In this document: positions 39,162-49,692 of the stretch, in pieces | How positions within the stretch are numbered: position 1 is the stretch's first letter | Layout of the letters: each line of letters opens with the position of its first letter | Source: Paraburkholderia sp. | GTDB lineage: Bacteria > Pseudomonadota > Gammaproteobacteria > Burkholderiales > Burkholderiaceae | DNA: 64,000 nucleotides | Assembly (NCBI RefSeq): GCF_026225065.1 | Contig: NZ_JAMFSB010000023.1 | Location: forward strand, 32,556-96,555 | Direction of reading: 5' to 3' | Program-made: the position numbers and the translations under genes | The notes under the pieces: model-generated | What the model saw: only the letters and a program-made list of their open reading frames with translations | Database searches by the model: none | Told to the model about the DNA's origin: nothing

Positions 39162-40163
39162 TCAGCCGCGCCGGGTAGCCAGTTCTGCTCCCTGGCGCAA
39201 TGCTTCGAGCAGACTGCGTTCGTCTGCGATGCCTTTACCGGCAATATCGAACGCGGTGCCGTGATCGACCGAAGTACGTATCACATCGAGGCCAACCGTC
39301 ACGTTGACGCCCGCCTCGAGACCCAGCACCTTCACCGGACCATGCCCCTGGTCGTGGTACATCGCGACCACCAGATCGAAGTCGCCGCGGCCGGCGCGGT
39401 AAAACAGCGTATCCGCAGGCAGCGGTCCTTCGATGTCCCAGCCGCGCTCGCGCAGAAGCTGCACTGCGGGGACAATCTTTTCTTCTTCCTCGCCGTAGCC
39501 AAACAGGCCGTTCTCTCCGGCATGCGGATTGATGCCGCACACGGCAATGCGTGGATTGGCGATGCCCGCCTTGACGAGCGTGGCATGACCCCGCTCGATC
39601 GTGCGCTGTACAAGGCCCGGTTCGATCTTGCGAATCGCGTCGATGATGCCGATATGCGTCGTCACGTGAATCACCCGCAATTGCGGCGCGACGAGCATCA
39701 TCGACACTTCGTCGATGCCGGTGAGATGCGCAAGCATCTCCGTGTGACCAGGATACTTGTGACCGCCGGCGTGCAAGGCCTCCTTGTTCAGCGGCGCCGT
39801 GCAGATCGCGTCGATCTCACCGCTTTTGGCCAGCTCGACGGCGCGCGCAATGTATCGATAGGCCGCGTCGCCGGCGACGGCAGACAAGATGCCGAACGGC
39901 AGGCCGGCGGGAATCAGGCCGAGATCGATGCAGTTGATGATGCCAGGCTCATAGCGCGCCTCCGACGCCTTCTCGATGCGGTGCACGCTTGCCGTGCCAC
40001 CGACAATCCGGTTGGCCTCTTCGAGGCGTCCCGCATCGCCGATCACAAGCGGTCGGCACTGCCGGTAGAGCGACTCGTGCGTCAAGCTCTTGACGACGAC
40101 TTCTGGGCCCACGCCGGCTGCATCGCCCATCGTGATGCCGATGACTGGAAGGTAGTTGCTCAT
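39162..40163 (-). CDS. pdxA2: D-threonate/D-erythronate 4-phosphate dehydrogenase (PdxA2)
   Basis: ITMGDAAGVGPE, TAPLNKEAL..GHTE, NPHAGE, AMYHDQG and RTSVDHGTAFDIAG motifs. Its position beside a DUF1537 kinase and KdgT indicates PdxA2 rather than biosynthetic PdxA. Confidence 0.9.
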   Translation of the reverse strand: MSNYLPVIGITMGDAAGVGPEVVVKSLTHESLYRQCRPLVIGDAGRLEEANRIVGGTASVHRIEKASEARYEPGIINCIDLGLIPAGLPFGILSAVAGDAAYRYIARAVELAKSGEIDAICTAPLNKEALHAGGHKYPGHTEMLAHLTGIDEVSMMLVAPQLRVIHVTTHIGIIDAIRKIEPGLVQRTIERGHATLVKAGIANPRIAVCGINPHAGENGLFGYGEEEEKIVPAVQLLRERGWDIEGPLPADTLFYRAGRGDFDLVVAMYHDQGHGPVKVLGLEAGVNVTVGLDVIRTSVDHGTAFDIAGKGIADERSLLEALRQGAELATRRG

Positions 40164-40216
40164 CATGTTCCGCCTGAATTTCAGTGGGTTCGTTGGTGGG
40201 CCGCCAGGCCCATGAT

Positions 40217-41479
40217 TCATGAGTCCGTGCGCGCGACTTCCGCGAGGCCTCGAAGGTGAAGGTACGCGCCATACAGCGCATGTTCGGTGCCAAACGCGCC
40301 GGCCTTGGTGACGACCGTGAGATGCTCATGTCCATGCGGACGCGCGACCGCAACACCGGGCTCGATTTCCGACAGCAAGCGAAGGCTTTCGATACCGGCC
40401 GCGCCGAGCATGGCGCGCGCCGTCTCGCCGCCGGTGACGATCAGTCCGCCGAGATGCTCGAAGCACGGAGCGACGAGTGCCGCGAGGGCCGCGGACAACT
40501 GCGCGCCTTCGGCCGGATCAAACGCGTCGTCGCGGCCGATTCGCGCCAGCAGATCAGTGCGGCCCGCGAGGTATCCGGCAATCCGGCTCTGCCAGGCGGC
40601 CCACTGCGGATGAAGCGCGCCATCGCGCAACACCGCGGGCGGCACGATCACCTCGTCGACGCCCGCGCGTTCGCGCAACATCGCGCACTGTTGCGCGGAC
40701 ACCGCCGACAGGCTGCCGACCAGAATCAGCACGGCGCCATCATGAGCGTGCGCGGGGCGCGCCTCGGCGCCGCCAAGGGGTACAGCAGAGAACAGCTCGT
40801 CTAATGCGGCAAGCTCACGCGCAAGACCACCTGAGCCAACCCAGAAGCATGGTGCTTCCAGCGCGAGCGTTGCTTGCGCAAGCGCCCTCAGGTCCGCTTC
40901 GGTATGCGCATCGACGATGAGCGCCTTCGTGCCACTCTGCGCCACACTGGCGATCGCAGTACGCAACGACTCCTGCTCACCGCGCAGCCCATCGACGCCT
41001 AGCAATGCGGTAGTGAGGCCCGCCGACTCCAGCATCACCCATAGATCCGCCGACTGGCCGGCGTGTTCGAGTTTCCACGTCTCGGTGTCGCCGAGCGGCA
41101 CGCCGCGCACGAAAACTCTTCCATCGTCTACTGTGCGGCCGGTGGCCGGAAAAGCCGGCGCGACGATCGCGAGACCGGCGAGCGGCTGCAAGGCCGCGAC
41201 TTCGGCGGCCCAGTTGCCGCGCAAGGTCGAATCGATCTTCTTGTACAAACGTCGCCCCGGCGCGCGCTGCGCCTGCCAGGCCGCGCCGGCGCAACGCGCG
41301 GCCTCAGCCGGCGACATCCGGCGCGTGTCGGTGTCCACCGCGATCACGTCCGCGCCGTTCATCGCACGCGTGGCCGTCAGCGTGACAGCCGTGTGCCTTC
41401 CTGCGCCCGCAAAGGCGATCGCGCAGTCAGCGGCGCCTGACAGGTCATCAGCAAGGATCAGAAGACTCGTATGACTCAC
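40217..41479 (-). CDS. Four-carbon acid sugar kinase (DUF1537; DtnK/DenK-like)
   Basis: [35 protein letters not shown] and TKAGAFG motifs. Confidence 0.92.
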   Translation of the reverse strand: MSHTSLLILADDLSGAADCAIAFAGAGRHTAVTLTATRAMNGADVIAVDTDTRRMSPAEAARCAGAAWQAQRAPGRRLYKKIDSTLRGNWAAEVAALQPLAGLAIVAPAFPATGRTVDDGRVFVRGVPLGDTETWKLEHAGQSADLWVMLESAGLTTALLGVDGLRGEQESLRTAIASVAQSGTKALIVDAHTEADLRALAQATLALEAPCFWVGSGGLARELAALDELFSAVPLGGAEARPAHAHDGAVLILVGSLSAVSAQQCAMLRERAGVDEVIVPPAVLRDGALHPQWAAWQSRIAGYLAGRTDLLARIGRDDAFDPAEGAQLSAALAALVAPCFEHLGGLIVTGGETARAMLGAAGIESLRLLSEIEPGVAVARPHGHEHLTVVTKAGAFGTEHALYGAYLHLRGLAEVARTDS

Positions 41480-42480
41480 TGCCTGGCTCCTGCTTTCGCA
41501 TGGCTCGTGTCCTTGCTCTCGCTCGTGCGCTTTGCCACGCGCTTGGCGACCGCCGCGGTCAGGATCGGCGAGAGGATGGCCGTCACCACCACGCAGGCAG
41601 CAACCAGCAGCGTCGCGCTTTTTGCGGCCTCCGCGTAGACCGGATTGGCCGCGGCGATCAAGGCCGGCACCGCCGCGCCATTGCCGGCCGTATTCGCAGC
41701 CGCGACGCCCGCCACACCCGTGCCTCCCGTCAGACGGTCAGTCAGGTACAGCGGAATACCCGTTACGACCACCACGGCGACGCCCAGGCCAAGGCCCAGC
41801 AACCCGGCCTGCCAGACCTTGTGCAGATCGAGACTGGCGCCTAACGCGAGCGCAAAAAACGGGATCATGACCGGCACCGCACGCCCGAGAAATTCGCGCA
41901 TTTCGCGATCGAGATTGCCAAGCAGCATGCCCACCACGAGCGGCAGGATGCTGCCCACCAGCGTTTGCCATGGAAACGCCGCGAGTCCCGCCACGCCCAG
42001 GGTGACCATGGTGAGGAACGGCCCCGATTCGAGCGACATGATGGTGTACGCGCCAACGTCTTCAGATTTGCCATATTGGCCCATTAGCGCCATATAGAGG
42101 CCGCCGTTCGTGTCGTTCATTGCCGCGACCACGGCAAGAGTCGACATGCCGGCGAACAATCCGGACGGCACCGGCTGTTCGCCGAGGAAATGCCCCAGTA
42201 CCATACCTACCACGATCGCCGACCCCACCTTCGCCACAAATAGCGCACCGCCCTTCTTGAGCAGGTAGGGTGTCGCCTTGATGTCGATCGCGGCGCCCAT
42301 GCACACGTAGAACACTGCAAGGATAGGCAACGCACCGGTAAACAAGGCATTGGTGAACGAGCCGAAGAACTTCGGCATGCCTGGCATAAAGGTCGCGACG
42401 ACTGCGCCGAGCAGCAGCGGGACGATCATCATCCCGCCGGGGACGCGTTCAATTGCGCGCTTGATAGGTATCTGGGCCAT
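41476..42480 (-). CDS. kdgT: 2-keto-3-deoxygluconate permease family transporter
   Basis: [28 protein letters not shown] and IPFFALALG motifs. Confidence 0.92.
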   Translation of the reverse strand: MAQIPIKRAIERVPGGMMIVPLLLGAVVATFMPGMPKFFGSFTNALFTGALPILAVFYVCMGAAIDIKATPYLLKKGGALFVAKVGSAIVVGMVLGHFLGEQPVPSGLFAGMSTLAVVAAMNDTNGGLYMALMGQYGKSEDVGAYTIMSLESGPFLTMVTLGVAGLAAFPWQTLVGSILPLVVGMLLGNLDREMREFLGRAVPVMIPFFALALGASLDLHKVWQAGLLGLGLGVAVVVVTGIPLYLTDRLTGGTGVAGVAAANTAGNGAAVPALIAAANPVYAEAAKSATLLVAACVVVTAILSPILTAAVAKRVAKRTSESKDTSHAKAGARQ

Positions 42481-42500
42481 GGGTGTCTCCTGTCCGTTTT

Positions 42501-42658
42501 TGACCGATTCAATCATTTATTTTGACTACATCGATCAGTCAGAGTGTACGGCACAGCTCCATCGTCTGCAATCCGGATGCAAATAACCCTTCAATTCAGT
42601 AATATTTTGCTGATGCGCCCGTATGATCGGGCAAAGACTAGAATGACCGAATCGATCA
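42501..42658. promoter_or_regulatory. Three TGAC-N7-ATCA operator-like sites between kdgT and the DeoR gene
   Basis: TGACCGATTCAATCA (42501), TGACTACATCGATCA (42523) and TGACCGAATCGATCA (42644). Confidence 0.65.
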
Positions 42659-42674
42659 ATTTTGTGGCTAAAAC

Positions 42675-43451
42675 ATGAAAGTTACCAACCGCCGCGAGGC
42701 GATGCTGCAGGCCGTCCTGTCCGGCATGACCGATGTCGGCGCGCTGTGCGAACACTTCGGGATGTCCGAAGCAACGGTGCGACGCGACCTGCGCGCGCTT
42801 GCGGAGGAGCGGCGCATCGTGCGGACGTACGGCGGGGCTGCCGCATCGATTGGCATGCACGAGCCGGAGGAATCGCTCGACAGCCGGCGCGAGAGTTTCC
42901 GCGAGCAAAAGGCCGCGATCGCCCAGCTCGCGGCGAGCCACGTCCACGACGGCGACACGATTTTTCTCGACGGCGGCACCACCACCGCCGAAGTGGCACG
43001 GCTGCTGGCCGGCCGCCGCAACATCCGCGTCGTGACCAATAACCTGCTGGCGGTCAACCTGCTGGCGTCAAGCGAAGTGTCTGTCACGCTGATCGGCGGC
43101 GATCTGCGTCCCACCAGCATGAGCACGCTAGGGCCGCTTGCGCAGCTCGCCTTGAGCCGCGTCTCGGTAGACAAAGCGTTTCTCGGAGCCGACGGCGTGG
43201 TCGCCGGTCGCGGCCTGTGCGAGGCGAGCGCCGAGCAGGCTTATCTGAAGGAGTGCATCATCAGGCAGGCCGCCCATGTCTTCGTGCTGGTGACGTCGAA
43301 CAAACTGGACCGCGCGAACCAACAGCACTGGACTCCGCTCGAGCGCGACTGGACGCTCGTCACCGACGCCCTGCTCGACGCACCGGCGATGGAACAGTTC
43401 GCGTTACGCGGCGAAGTGACCATCGAAACAGTGACACAGCAAAAACGGTAA
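42675..43451 (+). CDS. DeoR/GlpR family regulator
   Basis: SEATVRRDL..L...RTYGGA, IFLDGGTT, VVTNNL and DKAFLGADG motifs. Confidence 0.94.
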   Translation: MKVTNRREAMLQAVLSGMTDVGALCEHFGMSEATVRRDLRALAEERRIVRTYGGAAASIGMHEPEESLDSRRESFREQKAAIAQLAASHVHDGDTIFLDGGTTTAEVARLLAGRRNIRVVTNNLLAVNLLASSEVSVTLIGGDLRPTSMSTLGPLAQLALSRVSVDKAFLGADGVVAGRGLCEASAEQAYLKECIIRQAAHVFVLVTSNKLDRANQQHWTPLERDWTLVTDALLDAPAMEQFALRGEVTIETVTQQKR

Positions 43452-43470
43452 GCGTTTTCTTGCCGTTTTG
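43441..43470 (+). terminator. Hairpin at the DeoR stop
   Basis: AAAACGGTAAG-cgtttt-CTTGCCGTTTT inverted repeat with one G-U pair. Confidence 0.45.
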
Positions 43471-43765
43471 TGCATGACTGTTTTGCGCAAACCATCCCTT
43501 ATATAACGCCCTCTCGACCGGTACTCTGCGTCGGCTCTCCGGCGCGCAGGGGGAAAGGTGCCGGTTTGCGCCGGTCATCGTGGCATTTTTGCGCGAGAGG
43601 CCGGCGAGAGCAATTGCCGGTTAGCAGCATTCAGAAACCTGCAAAGCGTTTTTGACGTTCAGCAGAATTTCCGGGCCTTGTGTACATTCGCGCTTTGGGT
43701 TTCATTGCGCAAGCGCTTAATAAATTGCAAACCACCTCTACGTTTTTCCAAGCCCTGGAATTGTC

Positions 43766-46700
43766 ATGCTCGGCCTAGTCCGCATTGCCCTTAGGCGACC
43801 CTACACTTTCGTCGTACTCGCGATCTTCATCCTGATCATCGGCCCCTTGTCGGCCGTCAGAACGCCAACCGACATCTTCCCCGACATCAGAATTCCGGTC
43901 ATCAGCGTGGTGTGGCAATACACGGGCCTGCCGCCGGACCAGATGGTCGGCCGCATCACCTCGCCATTCGAACGCACGCTGACGACCACCGTGAACGACG
44001 TCCAGCATATCGAGGCGGAATCGGTCGCAGGCTTCGAGATCATCAAGATCTTCTTCCAGCCGGGCGTCAATATCAGTACGGCAAATGCGCAGGTGACCGC
44101 GGTTGCGCAAACCCAGTTGCGGCAGCTGCCGCCAGGCACCACGCCACCACTGATCCTGAACTACAACGCCTCGACGGTGCCGATCATCCAGCTCGCGCTG
44201 TCCGGTAAAGGACTGACCGAACAGAACCTCGGCGACCTCGGTTTGAACGCGGTGCGTCCGGTTCTCACCACCGTTGCAGGGGCCGCCATCCCCTACCCGT
44301 TCGGCGGCAAGACACGTGAGGTGCAGATCGACGTCGACCCGGCCGCCATGCAGGCGCGCGGCCTGTCTGCCCAGGACGTCGCCAATGCGCTCGCTGGCCA
44401 GAATCTGATCACGCCGGTTGGCACGGAGAAAATCGGCGACTACGAATACACGCTGCAACTGAACGATGCCCCATCGCAAATCAAGGCCCTGGGCGATTTG
44501 CCGATCAAGGCCGTCAACGGCACGACCGTCTATATCCGCGATGTGGCGAACGTGCGCGACGGCAGCCCGCCGCAGACCAACATCGTGCACGTGAACGGCA
44601 AGCGTTCGGTGCTGATGTCGGTGCTCAAGAACGGCTCGGTGTCGACGCTCGGGATCATCTCCGGCATCAAGGCGCAGGTCGCCGCCGGCAAGGCCTCGTG
44701 GCCCGACAACCTGCAGATCGATGCGATCGGCGACCAGTCGATCTTCGTGCGCGCCGCCATCAGCGGCGTGGCGCGCGAAGGCGTGATTGCCGCCGTGCTG
44801 ACGAGCCTGATGATTCTGCTGTTTCTCGGCAGCTGGCGCTCCACGATCATCATCGCGACCTCGATTCCGCTCGCCATTCTCGGTTCCATCGCCACCCTGT
44901 CCGCGCTCGGCGAGACGCTGAACATCATGACGCTCGGCGGCCTCGCGCTCGCGGTGGGGATTCTGGTCGACGATGCGACCGTCACCATCGAAAACATCAA
45001 CTGGCACCTCGAGCATGGCAAGGAGGTAGAGACCGCGATTCTCGACGGCGCCGCGCAGATCGTGACGCCGGCGTTCGTCTCGCTGCTGTGTATCTGCATT
45101 GTGTTCGTGCCGATGTTCTTCCTCGATGGTGTCGCACGCTTCCTGTTCGTGCCGATGGCCGAAGCAGTGATCTTCGCGATGATCTCGTCGTTCATCCTGT
45201 CGAGAACGCTGGTGCCCACCATGGCCAAGTACCTGCTCAAGCAGCACGTGCAAGGCGAGCATGGCCATGAGTCGAAGAGTCCGGGCCCACTCGGACGTTT
45301 CCAGCGCGGCTTCGAAGCACGCTTCGAAAAGGTGCGTTCCGGTTATCACGGCCTGCTCGAACTCGCGCTGAACCATCGGCGTCCGTTCGTCATCGGCTTC
45401 CTTGGCTTTGTGCTGGTGTCGTTCGCGCTGGTGCCGTTTCTCGGCCGCAATTTTTTCCCGTCGGTGGATGCCGGACAGATCCTGATGCACGTGCGCGCGC
45501 CGGTCGGGGTTCGGGTCGAGAAGACCGCGCAGATCTTTGCCAATGTCGAAGGGGCCGTCCGCCAGATCATTCCGCCGGCTGACCTCGGCGCCGTCGTCGA
45601 CAACATGGGCCTGCCGGTGAGCGGTATCAATACCGCGTACAACAACACCGGCACGGTCGGCTCGCAGGACGGCGACATCCAGATCGCGCTCAACGAAGGC
45701 CACGCGCCGACCGCCGAGTATGTCCGCCTCATGCGCGAGCGCCTGCCGCGCGAATTTCCCGGCGTGACGTTCTCGTTCCCGCCGGCCGACATCATCAGCC
45801 AGATTCTGAACTTCGGCTCGCCCGCGCCGATCGATCTGCAGGTCCGCGGCAACAACCTGGACGCCAACTTCGCGTACGCGGACCATCTGCTGCGCCTGGT
45901 TCGCGACGTGCCGGGCGTGGTCGATGCACACATTGCGCAGTCGCATGCCAATCCGACCTTCAATGTCGACGTGGACCGCACGCGCGCGCAACTGGTCGGC
46001 ATCAGCGAAAGCGACGTAACTAACAGCATGGTGGTGAACCTCGCCGGTTCGAGCCAGGTGGCGCCGACGTTCTGGTTGAACAATGCGAACGGGATTTCGT
46101 ATCCGATCGTGATGCAAACGCCGCAATACAGCCTCGATTCGCTCGCCGCGCTGCAAAACCTGCCGATCACCGCGCGCGGCGGCAGCACCTCGCAGATCCT
46201 TGGCGGCCTGGCGACGGTGCAGCGCACCAGCACCAACGAAGTAGTCAGCCAGTACAACATCCAGCCGATGGTCGAGATCTTTGCGACCACCCAGGACCGC
46301 GATCTCGGCGCGGTGGCCGCCGACATCCAGAAGATCGTGCACGACAACGCCAGCACCCTGCCCAAGGGCTCGACGGTCGCGCTACTCGGTCAGGTGCAGA
46401 CCATGAACAGCGCCTTCACCGGCATGCTGTTCGGCCTGCTGGGGGCGGTGGTGCTGATCTACCTGCTGATCGTCGTCAACTTCCAGTCGTGGGCCGATCC
46501 GTTCGTGATCGTGACCGCATTGCCGGCCGCACTGGCCGGCATTGTCTGGATGCTGTTTGCGACCCACACCACGCTCTCGGTGCCCGCCCTGACCGGCGCC
46601 ATCATGTGTATGGGGGTGGCAACAGCCAACTCGATTCTCGTGGTCAGTTTCTGCCGCGAACGTCTCGCCGAGCACGGCGATCCGTTCAAGGCTGCGCTTG

Positions 46701-46957
46701 AAGCAGGCTTCACGCGTTTCCGTCCGGTGCTGATGACCGCACTCTCGATGATCATCGGCATGGCGCCGATGGCACTCGCACTCGGCGAAGGCGGCGAACA
46801 AAACGCACCGCTTGGCCGCGCTGTGATCGGCGGGCTGCTGTTCGCCACCACCGCATCGCTGTTCCTCGTCCCCGTCATTTTTTGTATCGTGCACGCACGC
46901 CCTGGGCGTGCGTCCAACCCGGCACCCGCCTCGGGAGATCCTGCTCATGTCGTCTGA
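43766..46957 (+). CDS. RND efflux transporter permease subunit
   Basis: 1063 aa; LNIMTLGGLALAVGILVDDATVTIENI, RFRPVLMT and PLGRAVIGG motifs. Confidence 0.95.
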   Translation: MLGLVRIALRRPYTFVVLAIFILIIGPLSAVRTPTDIFPDIRIPVISVVWQYTGLPPDQMVGRITSPFERTLTTTVNDVQHIEAESVAGFEIIKIFFQPGVNISTANAQVTAVAQTQLRQLPPGTTPPLILNYNASTVPIIQLALSGKGLTEQNLGDLGLNAVRPVLTTVAGAAIPYPFGGKTREVQIDVDPAAMQARGLSAQDVANALAGQNLITPVGTEKIGDYEYTLQLNDAPSQIKALGDLPIKAVNGTTVYIRDVANVRDGSPPQTNIVHVNGKRSVLMSVLKNGSVSTLGIISGIKAQVAAGKASWPDNLQIDAIGDQSIFVRAAISGVAREGVIAAVLTSLMILLFLGSWRSTIIIATSIPLAILGSIATLSALGETLNIMTLGGLALAVGILVDDATVTIENINWHLEHGKEVETAILDGAAQIVTPAFVSLLCICIVFVPMFFLDGVARFLFVPMAEAVIFAMISSFILSRTLVPTMAKYLLKQHVQGEHGHESKSPGPLGRFQRGFEARFEKVRSGYHGLLELALNHRRPFVIGFLGFVLVSFALVPFLGRNFFPSVDAGQILMHVRAPVGVRVEKTAQIFANVEGAVRQIIPPADLGAVVDNMGLPVSGINTAYNNTGTVGSQDGDIQIALNEGHAPTAEYVRLMRERLPREFPGVTFSFPPADIISQILNFGSPAPIDLQVRGNNLDANFAYADHLLRLVRDVPGVVDAHIAQSHANPTFNVDVDRTRAQLVGISESDVTNSMVVNLAGSSQVAPTFWLNNANGISYPIVMQTPQYSLDSLAALQNLPITARGGSTSQILGGLATVQRTSTNEVVSQYNIQPMVEIFATTQDRDLGAVAADIQKIVHDNASTLPKGSTVALLGQVQTMNSAFTGMLFGLLGAVVLIYLLIVVNFQSWADPFVIVTALPAALAGIVWMLFATHTTLSVPALTGAIMCMGVATANSILVVSFCRERLAEHGDPFKAALEAGFTRFRPVLMTALSMIIGMAPMALALGEGGEQNAPLGRAVIGGLLFATTASLFLVPVIFCIVHARPGRASNPAPASGDPAHVV

Positions 46958-48134
46958 ATCCGCTTTCCCCGTTACTCCGCCGTCGCGTCGTCCGCTGCGC
47001 ATAGCCGGTGTGGTAGCGCTGCTAATTGCCGTCGGTATTGTCGCCGCAGGTCTCGTGCTGAGAGCGGACGACGCTCACAAGCTGAAAACCTGGACCGATG
47101 CCCAGGCCGTGCCGAGCGTGAGCGTCATCCAGCCAATCCGCGATGCCAGCGGTCCGTCGCTGCAACTGCCCTCGCGCCTCGAAGCGTTTACTCGGGCGCC
47201 GATTTTCGCGCAGGTGAGCGGCTATCTGAAGTCGTGGAATGCCGATATCGGCACACCGGTCAAAGCGGGCCAACAGCTCGCCGAAATCGAAACGCCTGAG
47301 CTCGATCAGCAGTTGCTGCAGGCGCGTGCGGATCTGCAAAGCGCGCAAGCGAATGCCGTCGTAGCCGGCACCACGGCGAAGCGCTGGGAAGCGCTGCGCG
47401 GCACGGATTCCGTTGCGCAACAGGACGTCGATCAACGCACGGCCGACTACACGGCGAAAGCAGCGATTGTCGCCGCGGCGAAGGCCAACGTCGATCGCCT
47501 AGTCGCCACCAAGGCCTTCGGACGCATCGTGGCGCCGTTCGACGGCGTGGTGACCGCGCGCGACACCGACGTCGGCGCGCTGATCAATGCGGGCAGCAGC
47601 GGCGTGGGCCAGGAGCTGTTCGAGGTTTCCGAAGTCAAGCAGTTGCGCGTGTATGTGCAGGTGCCGCAGAACTATGCACCCGCCATCCACAACGGCACCA
47701 CTGCAACGCTGACCGTTCCCGAATATCCGGACCAGCAGTTCACCGCGCGCGTGATCGCCGCGGCGGACTCAGTCAACTCGACTTCCGGCACGACGCTGGT
47801 TCAGCTGCTGGTCGACAATTCCGGCGGCAAGCTGCTGCCGGGCGGGTTCGCCAGCCTCAAATTCACTTTGCCGGTTGCTTCGGACTCGGTCCGCGTACCG
47901 GCCAGCGCAGTGGTCTTCGATAGCCGCGGTGTAGTTATCGCTACGCTCGACCAGGACAATCACGTGCACTTCAAGCCGGTGAAGATCGCCCGCGATCTGG
48001 GCGACTCCGTAGAAATCGGCTCGGGTCTCGCGGCGACCGACCGCATCATCGATACCCCGCCCGACGGCCTCAGCGACGGCGACAGCGTGCAGGTCGTGAC
48101 GGTCGCGGACAAGAAGGCGGCAGCACATGGTTAA
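46947..48134 (+). CDS. RND periplasmic adaptor (membrane fusion protein)
   Basis: N-terminal TM; AQVSGYL...DIG..VKAGQ.LAEI and IVAPFDGVVTAR motifs. Confidence 0.93.
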   Translation: MSSESAFPVTPPSRRPLRIAGVVALLIAVGIVAAGLVLRADDAHKLKTWTDAQAVPSVSVIQPIRDASGPSLQLPSRLEAFTRAPIFAQVSGYLKSWNADIGTPVKAGQQLAEIETPELDQQLLQARADLQSAQANAVVAGTTAKRWEALRGTDSVAQQDVDQRTADYTAKAAIVAAAKANVDRLVATKAFGRIVAPFDGVVTARDTDVGALINAGSSGVGQELFEVSEVKQLRVYVQVPQNYAPAIHNGTTATLTVPEYPDQQFTARVIAAADSVNSTSGTTLVQLLVDNSGGKLLPGGFASLKFTLPVASDSVRVPASAVVFDSRGVVIATLDQDNHVHFKPVKIARDLGDSVEIGSGLAATDRIIDTPPDGLSDGDSVQVVTVADKKAAAHG

Positions 48135-49635
48135 GGTTCGACGCAGCGTCCGGCTTTCAGCGCTTCCTCCGATGCGTCTTCCCGCGGTACTGGCGAGCGT
48201 CGCCGCGCTCGCCGCCTGCTCGCTCGCGCCGAAGTACGATGTTCCAGCCACCCCGGTCGCCGCGCAGTACAAGACGTATGGGCCGTGGACCAGTGCGCAG
48301 CCCGCCGACCAGATAGACCGCAACGGCTGGTGGAAGATGTACGGCGACACGCAGCTCGACGATCTGGAAACGCGCCTGCTCGCCAACAACACGGACTTGC
48401 GCGCTGCGTACGCGCACTACGCGCAGGCGCAGGCATTCGTGGCGCAAGTCGAGTCCGGGCTGTACCCGACCGTCAGCGCGAGCGCCGTACCGTTGCGCGA
48501 ACGCCAGTCCAACACCGCGCCATTGCGCGGCAACGGGCCCGCTGACTACAACTCTGTGACGCTTGGTGCGCAGGTCAACTACAACCTCGATCTCTGGGGC
48601 CGTGTGCGCGACTCCGTGCTGGCCGGCAAGGACGAGGCGCAGGCGACCAAGGCCGATCTGGCGTCGGTGAAGCTGAGCCTCGAGGTCGAACTGGCGGATA
48701 GCTTTATCCGCCTGCGTGGTCTCGACCAGCAAACCGATCTGCTGAACGCCACCGAGACGGCTTTCGCGAAGGCCCTGCAGCTCACGCAGACCTTGCACAG
48801 CCACGGCATTGTCTCGGGTCTCGATGTTTCGCGCGCGCAAACGCAGTTGTCCTCAGCACAGTCGCAGTTATCGCAGAACCTCGCCCAACGGGCGCTGATG
48901 GAGCATGCGATCGCGGTGCTGGTGGGCACCTCCGCGGCCGAATTCAGCCTGCCGCAAGAGACCACCGCCATTGCCTTGCCGGCAATCCCAACCGACCTGC
49001 CCTCCACGCTGTTGCAGCGGCGCCCCGATGTGGCCGCCGCAGAACGCCGGGTCGCCGAGGCCAACGCGAAAATTGGCGTCGCGCGTGCGGCCTACTTCCC
49101 GAACATCGGGCTGACCCTGCAGGGCGGTGTACAAAGTGCCGCCTACTCGGGGCTGGTTAGTGCACCGAATCTGTTCTGGGCCATCGGTCCGCAGCTCGTG
49201 CAATACGTCTTCGACGGCGGCTTGCGCCGTGCGCAACTGGATGCCGCCAAGGCCGCCACCGATGAGGCCGGAGACCGTTATCGCGGCGTCGTGCTGACCG
49301 CCTTCCAGCAGGTCGAGGACAACCTGGCGCTGCTGTCGTATCTGGGTACGGCGCTCGGCCAGCAACGGGACGCCGCGGCTGCCGCGCAGACCTCGGTCGA
49401 CCTCGCACTGCAACAGTACAAGCAGGGCACCGTCGGCTACCTGGACGTGGTGCAGGCACAGACGGTTCAGCTCGACGCACAGAGCAGCGTGCTCGACATC
49501 CAGACGCGCCAGCTAAGCGCCAACGTGCAACTGCTCGACGCGCTCGGCGGCGGATGGACGAGTGATGAACTCGCTCAAGTGGCTGCTACGCCGGAACTCG
49601 TCGCAACGACAGGGCAACCCGGCAAAACGCAGTAA
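48127..49635 (+). CDS. Outer-membrane efflux lipoprotein (NodT/OprM family)
   Basis: Lipobox LAAC; DLWGRVR, PSTLLQRRPDVAAAERR and ALGGGW motifs. Confidence 0.94.
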   Translation: MVKVRRSVRLSALPPMRLPAVLASVAALAACSLAPKYDVPATPVAAQYKTYGPWTSAQPADQIDRNGWWKMYGDTQLDDLETRLLANNTDLRAAYAHYAQAQAFVAQVESGLYPTVSASAVPLRERQSNTAPLRGNGPADYNSVTLGAQVNYNLDLWGRVRDSVLAGKDEAQATKADLASVKLSLEVELADSFIRLRGLDQQTDLLNATETAFAKALQLTQTLHSHGIVSGLDVSRAQTQLSSAQSQLSQNLAQRALMEHAIAVLVGTSAAEFSLPQETTAIALPAIPTDLPSTLLQRRPDVAAAERRVAEANAKIGVARAAYFPNIGLTLQGGVQSAAYSGLVSAPNLFWAIGPQLVQYVFDGGLRRAQLDAAKAATDEAGDRYRGVVLTAFQQVEDNLALLSYLGTALGQQRDAAAAAQTSVDLALQQYKQGTVGYLDVVQAQTVQLDAQSSVLDIQTRQLSANVQLLDALGGGWTSDELAQVAATPELVATTGQPGKTQ

Positions 49636-49692
49636 AAACCGCGGACCAACGGCAGCCCCTTGCTGCTTCGATGCCGCGTCGCACCGCTGTGA

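Noticed and set aside
39162-40163. Biosynthetic pdxA of the lptD-surA-pdxA operon
   Set aside because: No surA or rsmA, the wrong gene order, and membership of a kdgT-DUF1537-DeoR cluster point to PdxA2.
43775-46342. 855-aa minus-strand ORF
   Set aside because: Antisense shadow of the RND permease; Arg/His/Ala-rich with no motifs, a typical high-GC codon artefact.
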